This document shows, in pieces, positions 28,307 to 38,455 of a DNA stretch of 60,811 nt. The DNA comes from Alphaproteobacteria bacterium (GTDB lineage: Bacteria > Pseudomonadota > Alphaproteobacteria > JABAAW01). Both the position numbers and the translations under genes were made by a program. The notes below the pieces were generated by a model, which was not told where the DNA came from, did not search any database, and worked only from the letters and a program-made list of their open reading frames with translations. The stretch spans positions 1 to 60,811 of the forward strand of contig JABAAW010000004.1 of assembly GCA_014238535.1 (NCBI GenBank), given 5' to 3'. Each line of letters opens with the position of its first letter. Position 1 is the stretch's first letter.

Positions 28307-29029
28307 TTGGTATCTCCCCTATGCAAACTCTATGAAGACAAGGTTACCCTGATGAGCCTCCAATCCCATGCGATTGACTCTATAGGATACGAGCAAGCCC
28401 GCGAGCGTTGTTGCGCGCGAAGCGGTTGCTACGATGCTGGTGTTTTTCTTGGACCTAGCACTGATGATAGTTCTAGGGCTTGGTTATGCCTGAAGCACGC
28501 ACGAGATGCGAATAGTGCGTGGAACTACTACGAGCATAAAAGCGATGAGGAGATAGAAGCAGCGATACGCTCGTCTGCGGTAGGCTATCGTCCGACTTGG
28601 CCGATTAGCCCGTTTAGCAATGAGTTACGGAAGCGCGATATATCTGCTGAGCGAGTGCGGGAAGCTTTTGCGACAACCTTTAGCGAGATTTTTGGCGAAA
28701 AATTTAACGGCACCAATGATACACGACCTAGCGAGGCGCCGCATAGCGATCGTGCTATCGCGTGCTATCCTCGCAACCGCGAAGAGCGTGATGCTTGCCA
28801 ACTGCTTTCATTGCAGCCGCCGCTAGACACTGAAAAACTTAAAACACGCTACCGTGAGCTCGCGAAAGCCCACCACCCAGACCGCCACCTAGCAAGAGGG
28901 GCGGATAAACGAACACGACAGCAAGAACAAGAGCACCTTAAAAAGATAAACATCGCCTACTCGTTGCTAGAAAAGCTATGCGCCGATGGGCGGAAGGGCA
29001 ATTGTCGCAAAAACGGTAAGCAAGAGTGA
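28307..29029 (+). CDS. DnaJ (J-domain) protein preceding cobS; likely start ATG at 28352
   Basis: N-terminal C...GC and WLCLKHAR..N..WNYY; C-terminal LKTRYRELAKAHHPDRH...LKKINIAYSLL (HPD). Confidence 0.85.
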   Translation: MVSPLCKLYEDKVTLMSLQSHAIDSIGYEQARERCCARSGCYDAGVFLGPSTDDSSRAWLCLKHARDANSAWNYYEHKSDEEIEAAIRSSAVGYRPTWPISPFSNELRKRDISAERVREAFATTFSEIFGEKFNGTNDTRPSEAPHSDRAIACYPRNREERDACQLLSLQPPLDTEKLKTRYRELAKAHHPDRHLARGADKRTRQQEQEHLKKINIAYSLLEKLCADGRKGNCRKNGKQE

Positions 29030-29067
29030 CAAGCAAGAACGGTAAACAAGAAGGGTAAAATAGACTG

Positions 29068-30150
29068 ATGACGGAGGACATGAGCACGCAAGGCATTTTA
29101 TTCGACGAGCCGAACGCTGTTTTCTCGAGCCGCGAGTTATTCGGTATCGAGAGCGATTGGCAGGTGCCTGGCTTTGCAGAACCTTGCGCCTACACCCCCG
29201 CACGCGATGCGGGCTATCGCTTCGATGAAGAAACGACCCTCGCGATATTGTCAGGCTTTATCCACAATCGCCGAGTGTTAGTGCAAGGTTTCCACGGCAC
29301 GGGTAAATCTACGCATATAGAACAAATCGCAGCGCGTCTCAACTACCCTTGCTTGCGTGTAAACCTCGACAGCCACATCAGTCGCATCGACCTAGTAGGT
29401 AAGGATACTATCGTATTGCAGGATGGCAAGCAGGTGACCTCTTTCCAAGAAGGCATTTTGACTTGGGCGTTGCAACGCCCGATAGCACTCTGCTTCGATG
29501 AGTACGATGCTGGCAGACCCGATGTCATGTTCGTTATACAGCGAGTGCTAGAGGTAGAGGGTTGCCTAACCCTGTTAGACCAAAGCCGTATCATCCAGCC
29601 CCATAAATTTTTTCGACTTTTTGCGACCGCGAACACGGTAGGTTTAGGCGATACGACGGGGCTCTACCAAGGCACGCAACAGATCAATCAAGGGCAAATT
29701 GACCGTTGGCACATTATGACTATTTTAAACTACCTGCAGTTCGACGAGGAAGTGAAGATAGTGCGTAGCAAAGTTCCGCATTGCGAAGCAAAGTTAGTAC
29801 AGCGCATGGTAAGGCTAGCGGAGATGTCGCGGCGTGGCTTTAGCGCGGGCGATGTCACCACCGTTATGTCGCCGCGCACTGTTATTGGTTGGGCTGAGAA
29901 CCTACTTATTTTTAAAGATATTGAGCAAGCCTTTCGGCTAACATTTTTAAATAAGTGCGATGAATCGGAGAAGAGCATTTTTTGCGAATACTACCAGCGT
30001 TGCTTTGACCGCAATCCATTAGAAACTAGTTCATTGAAAGAAGATACGATGGCGGATGGAGCGAGTGCTACAGAACCACTTAGATCTCCGCTTGAAACTC
30101 CACTTGCGACTACGACGGAAGCTCCCTCGAGTGCCGATGCAGCGCAATAG
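29068..30150 (+). CDS. cobS: Cobaltochelatase subunit CobS (AAA+)
   Basis: [72 protein letters not shown]. Confidence 0.95.
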   Translation: MTEDMSTQGILFDEPNAVFSSRELFGIESDWQVPGFAEPCAYTPARDAGYRFDEETTLAILSGFIHNRRVLVQGFHGTGKSTHIEQIAARLNYPCLRVNLDSHISRIDLVGKDTIVLQDGKQVTSFQEGILTWALQRPIALCFDEYDAGRPDVMFVIQRVLEVEGCLTLLDQSRIIQPHKFFRLFATANTVGLGDTTGLYQGTQQINQGQIDRWHIMTILNYLQFDEEVKIVRSKVPHCEAKLVQRMVRLAEMSRRGFSAGDVTTVMSPRTVIGWAENLLIFKDIEQAFRLTFLNKCDESEKSIFCEYYQRCFDRNPLETSSLKEDTMADGASATEPLRSPLETPLATTTEAPSSADAAQ

Positions 30151-32125
30151 CTATAAGAAACCTTTTTCAGAGAGCACGGATAGTAGCCCCCTCAATCGCA
30201 ACGCGGCTGCTGTGCGTGCGCTGTGCCAAGAATCGCACAAGACGCCGCTGAAAGTTTTTTATCTAGAAGGAGCTGAACCTAGCATCGATGGCGAGAGCTG
30301 TACCTTGCCCCTCCCGCCAAAAGGGTTAAACGAGCTAGCACCGAAGCAAAAAGATAAGAATACCACCGCAGGCTACGACGAGCATAACTTAGCGACTTGG
30401 CGTGGGCAGGGCGATAGCTGTGCTATGAAGAAACGCTATCATAACGCTACTATGTTTGCGCGCAATGCTCCGCAAGATATGCGTGCGCGGCGTTTGCTAG
30501 AGATATTCGAGGAGGTGCGAATAGAGCATTTAGCAGGACAGGCGCGAGATGGAGTCAAGAGTAATTTGAATGCTCGCTTTGCGCAAATTTTCACAAATTC
30601 TGAGAAGAATTTTTTTGGCGATGAACCGCAAGAGATTCCACAAGAGATACTCGACCTACCCTTTGCGCAAGACGGCGGCGTGCATACAGAGCATGGCTTT
30701 ATGCCGCAACAATTTTCGCACGAGCGGTTTGCAGCAGCACTGCGCTTGCTGCTACGCGAGAAGATTGGACTAGGCGTCCCACTCACCTCGAATGCGAAGA
30801 GACTATCTGATACTTGGCGGGCTAGGGTTGAGGAACCATTACAAAATTTCTTAAAGGACGCGCCATTCGCAAGGCAACAAGACTATGCTGAACGCGCAAC
30901 GGCTTTCATTCAAAGTATGCTTGGCGCGCTACGAAGCAAGGGGCAAGAAACGGACGAGCAGATCGAGGATGAAAACGAGCAGTTACAACAAGAAGAGGAG
31001 GAAGACACCTCCCCCCCGACTCCGCAAGAAGATAGCGAACGCAGAGATGGCGGAGAAGAACAAGAACCTAGTTCCAACGATGTATCGGAAGATGCGCTGG
31101 CGTTGTTTGGTTTATCGCAGAACTCTGAGGAGGAAGCGGGGCAATCGAACGAGCGTGATTCTAGCCTTTTTAGCAACGAGCAAGACGACTTTGGCTACCG
31201 AGTTTTCACGCCTTCCTTCGATCGAGTTGAGCGTGCGCGCGACCTTGCGGATAGCGAAGAGGAAATCGAGCGTCTGCGTAGCACATTAGACAAGGACTTA
31301 CGTCCTATACAGGCGATGGCGTCGCGTTTTGCGAACCGCTTGCAGCGCAAGTTATTTGCTCGTCAGCGCAGGAGATGGGAGTTTGACCATGAGGAGGGTT
31401 TTTTGGACGCTGCTCGTTTGTCGCGAGTAGTCATAGAGCCCTCAGCGCCTCTTGCGTTTAAACGCGAGAGCGAGAGTGAGTTTAAGGACACTATCGTCAC
31501 GATTTTATTAGACAACTCTGGCTCGATGCGAGGTCGTCCGATAATGCTAGCGGCGATGAGTGCGGACATTTTAGCGCGTACGCTAGAGCGTTGCGGAGTT
31601 AAGTGCGAGGTATTGGGTTTCACGACTAGGGAGTGGAAGGGGGGCTTATCAAGGCAACAATGGATTGCTAGAGGCAAGCCGAGTTCTCCTGGCAGACTAA
31701 ACGACCTGCGTTACATTATTTACAAGGATGCGGATGAGTCGTATCGGCGCACGAAGAGGTTTTTTGCATTGATGCTGAAGGAGGGATTGCTGAAGGAGAA
31801 CATAGATGGCGAGGCACTTTTGTGGGCGGAGCGGCGTCTAGATAGACGAGCGGAGCAGCGTAAGATTCTGATGATTATCTCTGATGGTGCGCCTGTAGAC
31901 GACTCGACTTTATCGGTGAATCCTTCGCACTACCTTGAGAGCCACCTGCATTCGGTTGTTAGGCACATAGAGTCGAAGGGTAGCATTGAGTTATCGGCTA
32001 TCGGCATTGGTCATGATGTTACGCGATATTATCGCCGCGCGGTCAAGTTGAGCGATGCGGAAGACCTTGCGGAGGCGATGACCTCTGAGTTAGGAGAATT
32101 ATTTACGCAAGAGCGTAAGAAATAG
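30137..32125 (+). CDS. cobT: Cobaltochelatase subunit CobT (vWA domain); ATG at 30137 preferred over 30056
   Basis: [35 protein letters not shown] (MIDAS), [50 protein letters not shown]. Confidence 0.95.
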   Translation: MQRNSYKKPFSESTDSSPLNRNAAAVRALCQESHKTPLKVFYLEGAEPSIDGESCTLPLPPKGLNELAPKQKDKNTTAGYDEHNLATWRGQGDSCAMKKRYHNATMFARNAPQDMRARRLLEIFEEVRIEHLAGQARDGVKSNLNARFAQIFTNSEKNFFGDEPQEIPQEILDLPFAQDGGVHTEHGFMPQQFSHERFAAALRLLLREKIGLGVPLTSNAKRLSDTWRARVEEPLQNFLKDAPFARQQDYAERATAFIQSMLGALRSKGQETDEQIEDENEQLQQEEEEDTSPPTPQEDSERRDGGEEQEPSSNDVSEDALALFGLSQNSEEEAGQSNERDSSLFSNEQDDFGYRVFTPSFDRVERARDLADSEEEIERLRSTLDKDLRPIQAMASRFANRLQRKLFARQRRRWEFDHEEGFLDAARLSRVVIEPSAPLAFKRESESEFKDTIVTILLDNSGSMRGRPIMLAAMSADILARTLERCGVKCEVLGFTTREWKGGLSRQQWIARGKPSSPGRLNDLRYIIYKDADESYRRTKRFFALMLKEGLLKENIDGEALLWAERRLDRRAEQRKILMIISDGAPVDDSTLSVNPSHYLESHLHSVVRHIESKGSIELSAIGIGHDVTRYYRRAVKLSDAEDLAEAMTSELGELFTQERKK

Positions 32126-32140
32126 AGTTGTTGGTATTTT

Positions 32141-32950
32141 ATGGCACCTCGCCTGCAGCCTTCTTTTAGGGTATCGGTGCTAGCGACTTGCCTTGCGGAT
32201 GCCTTCCGCCCTGAGTTGGTTTATGCGACTTGCGCTTTGGTTGAATATGGTTTGGCGAACGGATCAGACGCGGAGTTGCCGCGCGAGCAGACCTGCTGTG
32301 GTCAACCTCTGTATAACAGTGGTGATAGGGATGGTGCGATTGCGCAAGCGAAGCGCGTGATTGATTTATTCGAGCGTTATGATGCCATAGTTGTTCCGTC
32401 GGGTTCTTGCGCTGGCATGCTTAGATTGCACTACCCGAGTTTGCTGCAAGATACACCGTATGCGCGTAGAGCTGATGCTTTCAAAGAGAAGGTAATGGAG
32501 TTGACGGAGTTTTTAGTTAAGAAGAGTTATTTTTTAGAGCGAGTGAAGGATTTAGCGCCTGCTTCTTTAGCGAACTCTTTTGTCACTTGGCACGATAGTT
32601 GTTCTTGCCTTAGAGAGAACGATGGCGGGGCTTGCGCGCGAGGGTTGTTAGAACGGCGAGGTTTCACCGTGCGCGAGTCGGAGAACTGCGAGGTATGCTG
32701 TGGCTTTGGTGGCAAGTTTTCAGTTGCGCATGGTGCTATTTCTACGAGCATGGCGGACGACAAGCTTGCCTGCTTGCGTGCAAGTGGTGCGAGTATAGTT
32801 TCGAGTTCCGACTTTGGCTGCCTGTTGCACCTTGCGGGTCGTGCGCGCAGACGAGGTCTTGAGCTTTCGTTTTTCCACATTGCCGAATTGCTAGCGTTAG
32901 GAGTTGGGCGTGCGCTAGGTTCGCAGAAGATTACGCCTATCGGGTATTGA
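32141..32950 (+). CDS. lutA: L-lactate utilization Fe-S protein LutA/LldE (two CCG domains)
   Basis: QTCCGQPLYNSG, PSGSCAGM, WHDSCSCLRE, CCGFGGKFSV, GCLLHL. Confidence 0.85.
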   Translation: MAPRLQPSFRVSVLATCLADAFRPELVYATCALVEYGLANGSDAELPREQTCCGQPLYNSGDRDGAIAQAKRVIDLFERYDAIVVPSGSCAGMLRLHYPSLLQDTPYARRADAFKEKVMELTEFLVKKSYFLERVKDLAPASLANSFVTWHDSCSCLRENDGGACARGLLERRGFTVRESENCEVCCGFGGKFSVAHGAISTSMADDKLACLRASGASIVSSSDFGCLLHLAGRARRRGLELSFFHIAELLALGVGRALGSQKITPIGY

Positions 32951-32964
32951 GAGGAGATTGAGAA

Positions 32965-34509
32965 TTGTTTTCTGCCCGCCAGCATGATTTTCACGCGAGT
33001 TCTGCTGCTGCGTTAAAAGACGCTGCACTTCGCGCGGCTTTGAGCAAGGCTGGCGTGGGCTTTGTAGGGGCGCGCAAGCGAGCGTTTGCTGACCTAGAGA
33101 ACTCTGCTAGCCTACGAGCGCGTGCGCGAGATGCGCGTGTGCGTGCTGTCGATAACATGGGAGATTTGCTGCTACAGTTTGAGCTGAACGCGCGAGCACG
33201 AGGCATTGAGGTGCATTGGGCGGAGACGGCGGAGCAGGCGCGAGCGATTATAATCGAGTTATGCCGCGACAAGAAACATATAATCAAGGGCAAGTCTATG
33301 GTTTCTGAGGAGATAGGTTTGAACGCTGCACTGCAGCGAGCGGGAGCGAATGTGACCGAAACCGACTTGGGCGAATACATAATTCAACTAGCGAAGGAAG
33401 CCCCTAGCCACATTATCGCGCCGGCTGTACATAAGAACCGCGAGGAGATAGATATTCTATTTCGCCAGCACCACGAAGGCATTAGCGAAAAGCAAGCGAC
33501 GAGCGATAGCCTCAAGCATCCGCGTGCGAGTGAGGTTTTAGTCGAGGAGGCACGGCAAAAGATTCGCGAAAGGTTTTTGCAAGCCGAGGTTGGTATCACG
33601 GGCGCGAATATGTTGATAGCGGAACGAGGTGCGGCATTGTTATTGACGAATGAAGGTAACGGCGACTTAAGCGCGATTATGCCGCGTCGCCACATCATGC
33701 TAGCGGGCATAGAGCGCGTAGTAGCTGACGATCTTGACGCGATTGCTATTTTACGAGTGCTGGCGCGTAGTGCTACGGGGCAGAGTTTAGGAACCTATGT
33801 AAGCCTATACGGAACCCGAGCGTCAGCAGAGCAAGATAGGGGTAAGGATGAGGAGATAGATAAAAACACAGGCAAAAACACAGACAAAAATACAGACAAA
33901 AATACAGACTTGCACATCGTGCTTTTGGATAATGGTCGTAGCCAGATGCATGGTAGCGCGTGGCATGACATGCTTTGTTGCATACGCTGCGGAGCGTGTT
34001 TGAACCATTGCCCTGTCTATAGCAGTATAGGTGGTCATGCTTACGGTTGGGTTTACAGCGGTCCTATGGGAAAGGTGCTTACGCCGCTACTTGCGGAAGC
34101 TAGCGCTAAGCCGAGTTTTAGCACCTTAGCGCATGCTTCTAGTTTTTGCGGACGTTGCGTTGAGGTTTGCCCTGTAGGCATTCCTTTGACTTCGCTGATG
34201 CGCAAGCTACGCGAGAGTGACTTTAGGGGATTTTTTCAGACGAAGAGGTTAAAAACGAAGATAGCGTGCGCTACTATGCGCCTGTTATTTGCGCACCCGA
34301 GAATGTATCGTTTAGCCTTATGCTGCCTTTTATGGCTGTTACGGCTTTTTGCCCGCAGAGGACATATTTCCTACCTCCCCCTAGCTAGCAGCTGGACGAG
34401 TACACGCGACCTGCCGATAAATCGCCGAGCGCGTCCTGCAATCGCGCTTTTTACAAGCGGTTACGCTTTTTGCAAACAAACGCGCCAAGTAGAGACGACA
34501 AGCGGATAG
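32965..34509 (+). CDS. lutB: L-lactate utilization Fe-S protein LutB/LldF
   Basis: KGKSMVSEEIGLN, ETDLGEYIIQL..E.PSHIIAPAVH, TNEGNG, CIRCGACLNHCPVY...GGH.YG.VY.GPMG, CGRCVEVCPVGIPL. Confidence 0.92.
   Translation: MFSARQHDFHASSAAALKDAALRAALSKAGVGFVGARKRAFADLENSASLRARARDARVRAVDNMGDLLLQFELNARARGIEVHWAETAEQARAIIIELCRDKKHIIKGKSMVSEEIGLNAALQRAGANVTETDLGEYIIQLAKEAPSHIIAPAVHKNREEIDILFRQHHEGISEKQATSDSLKHPRASEVLVEEARQKIRERFLQAEVGITGANMLIAERGAALLLTNEGNGDLSAIMPRRHIMLAGIERVVADDLDAIAILRVLARSATGQSLGTYVSLYGTRASAEQDRGKDEEIDKNTGKNTDKNTDKNTDLHIVLLDNGRSQMHGSAWHDMLCCIRCGACLNHCPVYSSIGGHAYGWVYSGPMGKVLTPLLAEASAKPSFSTLAHASSFCGRCVEVCPVGIPLTSLMRKLRESDFRGFFQTKRLKTKIACATMRLLFAHPRMYRLALCCLLWLLRLFARRGHISYLPLASSWTSTRDLPINRRARPAIALFTSGYAFCKQTRQVETTSG
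33862..33909. repeat. In-frame 12-bp tandem repeat x4 (KNTG KNTD KNTD KNTD) in lutB
   Basis: Read directly. Confidence 0.9.
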
Positions 34510-35270
34510 GAATCAGTCGATTTTCACATCATTACACCATGCCCCCTAACGCACTAACTGCAGCACATACGAGCACAGCACGAGCACGCATCATCGGCAA
34601 CCTTAAGCTTAAAAAGCCGCTAGCGCGCGAATCGACAGATGAAGTAGCAAAGATAACTAAGGCAGCTCTACCTAAGGTAGTTCTGCCTAAATTTTGTAAG
34701 GAGGTAGGGAAAGACCTTACGGCTACCTTTATGGCACGGGCGGGCGAACTATCTTGCCAGTTTTTACCGAGCGCAAGAGTTATAGGCAAATCGTTGCTAG
34801 GTAAGACGATAATTGACTACCTACGAGCCCAACCTGGAAGCAAGCCTATTGAACTGCTGATCGATGGCGAGCAAAGGCGGTTGCTATCTAGCTTGAAGAT
34901 TCTAGAGGAGCTTTCGCCACATTGTAGCCTTACGGAAGCGCGAGGGCAGACTGCTTTTACCTCGAAGGCGTTTCCAGACTTTTCGCTACAACATGCTAAC
35001 TGCGCGATTGCCGAAAGCGGTAGTTTGGTTTTTTTGCAAGCTACGCGCACGCAAGCGATGCTGACATTTCTTCCGACGACACACATTGCGTTGCTGAGGG
35101 AAGAAGACTTGTTAGCGTCGCTAGAAGAAGGCTTTGCGCGTAGCGTTGATAAGCGAGGCTATTGGGCTTGCCATATAGTAAGCGGTCCGTCGCGCACGGC
35201 GGACATAGAACAAACGCTACATAAGGGAGCGCATGGTCCTAAGGAGCTGTGCGTTATCGTCTATCGATGA
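34470..35270 (+). CDS. lutC: Lactate utilization protein LutC/LldG (LUD domain); likely start ATG at 34539
   Basis: AIAESGSLV, LTFLP.THIAL, VSGPSRTADIEQTL..GAHGPKEL.VI. Confidence 0.88.
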   Translation: MQTNAPSRDDKRIGISRFSHHYTMPPNALTAAHTSTARARIIGNLKLKKPLARESTDEVAKITKAALPKVVLPKFCKEVGKDLTATFMARAGELSCQFLPSARVIGKSLLGKTIIDYLRAQPGSKPIELLIDGEQRRLLSSLKILEELSPHCSLTEARGQTAFTSKAFPDFSLQHANCAIAESGSLVFLQATRTQAMLTFLPTTHIALLREEDLLASLEEGFARSVDKRGYWACHIVSGPSRTADIEQTLHKGAHGPKELCVIVYR

Positions 35271-35305
35271 AACGAGGTTGCATATAGGGAGGGAAAAAAC
35301 TTTAG

Positions 35306-36367
35306 TTAATCTAGCGCCAATTTTGCGCGTAGCTTTGATTCGAATAATCCCTCTTCGCTTTCTTTATTATTTTGAGTTATCACGACGAGCACGCTTGTGC
35401 GTGCCTCGTCGCTTGCGAAAGGTCTATCGAAACGCTTTACGACTCGAGTTCCGACAGCCTGTACGCACTCGCGCATCGGCTTACCGCTATGCGCTAAGAA
35501 TCCTTTGACGCGCAATAGAGAGTGCTCTGCGAGAGCTTGTTGCAAGCGTTGATGGAATAGAGCGTGGTTTTCCACTTCGCCGAAGCGCATAGTTATGGTG
35601 CGAAAATCGTCGTGCTCGTGCTCGTCGCCCTCGTCGTGATGCGAATGCCGAGAGGCTAGGTCGTGTTCTGCGCCTGCCTGTAGCCCAAGTAGCAACGAGT
35701 TAGGCACTGGTTTTTCTAAGCTAGATTCTACTATCCCGACGCCTGCGCGTAGCCATGACTGCAGACGCGCTTTAGCTCGTGCGCGCTCAGCGCTTGAAAG
35801 CAGATCGCACTTGGTTAGAACGACTAGGTCTGCGCAAGCTATCTGTTCTTCGAACAGCTCCTCGATAGGGCTTTCATGGTCTAGAGCTTGGTCTGCCTCG
35901 CGTTGCGCTTGCAATGCTTTTTCATCGCCGACGACACCGCCCGCTGCTAAGGCTACTCCATCGGCGAGCGCGATTACACCATCGACCGTCACCCTGTTTT
36001 CGATATCTGGCCAAGCGAACGCCTTCACCAAAGGTTTCGGTAGTGCCAAGCCTGATGTTTCGATGACGATATGCGTTGGTTGCGGTTTTCGGCGTAAAAT
36101 TTTTTCCATAGCGGGTAAGAAGTCATCGGCGACGGTGCAGCATATACATCCGTTAGCGAGTTCGATAATCTCGCCGCGCGCGCACGAATTTAATCCGCAA
36201 GCCTGTAGAATTTCTTTATCGATACCGCAAGCGCCGAATTCGTTGATCATTAGCGCGAATCGATTATTCGGTGCCTCGATGCTAGCGCGTTTTATCAACT
36301 GCTCGATAAGGCTGGTTTTACCAGCGCCTAGGAAGCCAGTAACGATTGTTGCGTAAATTTTTTCCAC
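35306..36367 (-). CDS. cobW: Cobalamin biosynthesis GTPase/metallochaperone CobW
   Basis: TIVTGFLGAGKT, INEFG..GID, ELANGCICCTVADDF.P, IETSGLALPKPLV.AF.WP, His-rich SHHDEGDEHEHDDF, LRVKGF. Confidence 0.93.
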   Translation of the reverse strand: MEKIYATIVTGFLGAGKTSLIEQLIKRASIEAPNNRFALMINEFGACGIDKEILQACGLNSCARGEIIELANGCICCTVADDFLPAMEKILRRKPQPTHIVIETSGLALPKPLVKAFAWPDIENRVTVDGVIALADGVALAAGGVVGDEKALQAQREADQALDHESPIEELFEEQIACADLVVLTKCDLLSSAERARAKARLQSWLRAGVGIVESSLEKPVPNSLLLGLQAGAEHDLASRHSHHDEGDEHEHDDFRTITMRFGEVENHALFHQRLQQALAEHSLLRVKGFLAHSGKPMRECVQAVGTRVVKRFDRPFASDEARTSVLVVITQNNKESEEGLFESKLRAKLALD

Positions 36368-36444
36368 CAGATTTTCTCCGTCTGTGTATTTTTTTTCAGG
36401 TGTTAAATTAGCTAAGCTAAAGTTAAGAGCTAAAGTTAGACGAG

Positions 36445-37284
36445 TTACGCGGGCGCGGAACCCTTGATAAACATCGGCACACCCGCTACGACCAAGGCTA
36501 GCACGGGCAGGCAGGCAGCGACACGCTGGTGGAGGATACCTGCATAACCACGAAAGACTTCGCCCATTTTTGTATATGGTACGATGCCTAAACCTACTTC
36601 GTTCGAAACGAGGATTACGCTTTTGTTGCTATTTTTTACGATGTTTGTCAAATAAGTTTCGAGTTCACCTAGCACGCGCTCAAAAGTTTCCTCTTGAGTT
36701 TTCTCTTGCATGTTCTCTTGCATGTTCTCTTGCTCGTTAGTTTTTTGTTGCCCCTCTGCAAACAATAGGGAGGCAAGGAATAGAGTTAGACAATCTATCA
36801 CTATCACATTGGCTTCGCATTTTTGCAGGCAAGGTATTAGCTTTAGGGCATCTGGTTGCTCGATGGTTATGAAATTTTTTCCGCGCTCCTTTCGGTGCTT
36901 TTCGATACGCGCTGCTAGGGTAATATCGTTTTTGTTGTAGTTTGCGGTTGCTACATATACTGGCAGGGTATTTTCGCCTCCTTGCTTTTCTTGCTCGATT
37001 TTACTCGTCCTTTCTACTTTACTCGCCAATTCTATTTTTTTAGCCAACTCTATTTTTTTAGCCAATCTCAAGCGCGCATGCACTTCTATTTGGCTCGCCA
37101 ATTCTGCTTTGCTCGCCAACTCTACTTTGCTCGCCAACTCTACTTTGCTCGCCAACTCTACTTTGCTCGCCGATTCTATTTGGCTCGCCGATTCTATTTG
37201 GCTCGCCCAGGCGAGTGCGCAAGCGGTCTTGCCGGAGTTTGCTCCTCCCAACAACAATGCTGAGAATCTATTGTTACGACACAT
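36445..37284 (-). CDS. cobU: Bifunctional adenosylcobinamide kinase / adenosylcobinamide-phosphate guanylyltransferase with a large repeat insertion
   Basis: GGANSGKT P-loop, YVATA, RIEKHRKER, IDCLTLF, VSNEVGLGIVP...GEVFR...G.LHQ.VA, VVAGVP. Confidence 0.9.
   Translation of the reverse strand: MCRNNRFSALLLGGANSGKTACALAWASQIESASQIESASKVELASKVELASKVELASKAELASQIEVHARLRLAKKIELAKKIELASKVERTSKIEQEKQGGENTLPVYVATANYNKNDITLAARIEKHRKERGKNFITIEQPDALKLIPCLQKCEANVIVIDCLTLFLASLLFAEGQQKTNEQENMQENMQEKTQEETFERVLGELETYLTNIVKNSNKSVILVSNEVGLGIVPYTKMGEVFRGYAGILHQRVAACLPVLALVVAGVPMFIKGSAPA
36991..37206. repeat. In-frame 18-bp tandem array, 12 hexapeptide units (ASQIES/ASKVEL/AKKIEL type), inside cobU
   Basis: Read directly in DNA (e.g. 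gctcgccaactctacttt) and in the translation. Confidence 0.95.
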
Positions 37285-37366
37285 GATATTTATTTTAGTA
37301 TTTATTTTGCCATCTATTTTTCTTTAAAGCACTGCTATCACGCTACTATCGTCGCTTGCACTGATT

Positions 37367-37436
37367 TATCTCTCTATTCTTCTATCTCTCTATTCTTCTA
37401 TCTCTCTACTCTTCTATCTCTCTACTCTTCTATCTC
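37367..37436. repeat. 16-bp tandem repeat x4.4 (tatctctctattcttc / tatctctctactcttc), overlapping the cobC-like stop codon
   Basis: Read directly; pyrimidine-rich on + strand. Confidence 0.92.
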
Positions 37437-38228
37437 CCCACTCTTGGCATTTACGCAATGTATTACGCTATGCGTTTTTTCGCTACTTTCGCTACTTTCG
37501 CTACTATTGTCTCTGTAGCGTTCTATGCGCGTGCAGGATAGATTATCTATGGTAAAGGATATAGCCTGTTCGGGAGTTATGGCAAGCGCGTGTGCGATTG
37601 CTGCGCGAATGCTTCCGGCGTGAACTACGGCGAGTATCGTCACCTCTGATATATTTTCAAACGATGCCTCATCGCTTTGTCTAGCTGCCATCGCTTGCAA
37701 TGCTAGCTCGATGCGTTCAATAGCTCGTGCGACGCGTTTGCATAGCTCAGCGAAGCTTTCGCCTTCGGGGGGTTGATAGTTTACGGGGTCATCCCACAAG
37801 GCTTTATGTTTTTTTAGATTATATTCTTCTCCCTCCCATAGCCCGAAGTTCTGCTCGTTGAGTGCGGCTAGTTTTAGCTTGCGTATCGGCTGATAATTTT
37901 TGTTTCCGCTATTGCTGATAGCCTCTGCTGTATCTATAGCGCGGCGCAGACCACTAGTAATCAACAATCCTCTGGGCATTAATTCTCTGGGCATTAATTC
38001 TCTGGGCATTCTATTGCCTATTCGAGCTGATTTTTTGTGCTTTGCGGAGACGACTTGATTTTGTGCTGATCGATTTTGCAATGGCATAAGCTTAGCGATC
38101 GCTGCGGCTATTTGCGCGATTTCTTGTTGCGCTGAGCTTATTGCTGCGGGAGGGTTAGTTTTCCCGACGAACACTCCTTTGCGTATTTTTGTTTTTGCGT
38201 GCCGTATCCATAGCCAGCGTATTTTCAT
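37422..38228 (-). CDS. cobC: Histidine phosphatase family protein, probable alpha-ribazole phosphatase (CobC-like)
   Basis: WIRHAKT (RH motif), TSGLRRA..TA, LNEQNFGLWEG, PPEGESF, VVHAGSIRA; upstream of cobU-cobW. Confidence 0.7.
   Translation of the reverse strand: MKIRWLWIRHAKTKIRKGVFVGKTNPPAAISSAQQEIAQIAAAIAKLMPLQNRSAQNQVVSAKHKKSARIGNRMPRELMPRELMPRGLLITSGLRRAIDTAEAISNSGNKNYQPIRKLKLAALNEQNFGLWEGEEYNLKKHKALWDDPVNYQPPEGESFAELCKRVARAIERIELALQAMAARQSDEASFENISEVTILAVVHAGSIRAAIAHALAITPEQAISFTIDNLSCTRIERYRDNSSESSESSEKTHSVIHCVNAKSGEIEE
37971..38010. repeat. In-frame 15-bp tandem repeat x2.7 (MPREL) in the cobC-like gene
   Basis: Read directly. Confidence 0.88.
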
Positions 38229-38246
38229 GGGTGTTTCAAAGTATTT

Positions 38247-38306
38247 GCAAGAGTGGCTGAAAGAGTGGTTGCAAGAATGTTTGCAAGAGTGGCTGAAAGA
38301 GTGGTT
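38247..38306. repeat. Degenerate 12-bp tandem repeat x5 in the cobC/aminotransferase divergent intergenic region
   Basis: gcaagagtggct gaaagagtggtt gcaagaatgttt gcaagagtggct gaaagagtggtt. Confidence 0.85.
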
Positions 38307-38455
38307 TTTATGGGTGTTTTTATGGGCGCGGATTTTTCATAGGTTTTTGCGAGCCCCTAGCTATCGACATTTACTAGAGTTGTGCTGTATTTTTCTCTTC
38401 ATTCGGGCTTGGCATTGCGAATTTGTGCTATCTAGTATAGTTTACCTACCTTGAG

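Noticed and set aside
36982-37327. Plus-strand ORFs with RQLYFA / NSTLLA repeats
   Set aside because: Antisense shadows of the 18-bp array in cobU.
36991-37436. CRISPR array
   Set aside because: Repeats are head-to-tail with no unique spacers, and no cas genes are present.
38179-38454. Plus-strand 91-aa ORF with LQEWLKEW repeats
   Set aside because: Product of the intergenic 12-bp repeat; overlaps the cobC start; no family resemblance.
38229-38455. Cobalamin riboswitch upstream of cobC-cobU-cobW
   Set aside because: GCCACT occurs only as part of the 12-bp repeat; no GGGAA partner or B12 box recognised.
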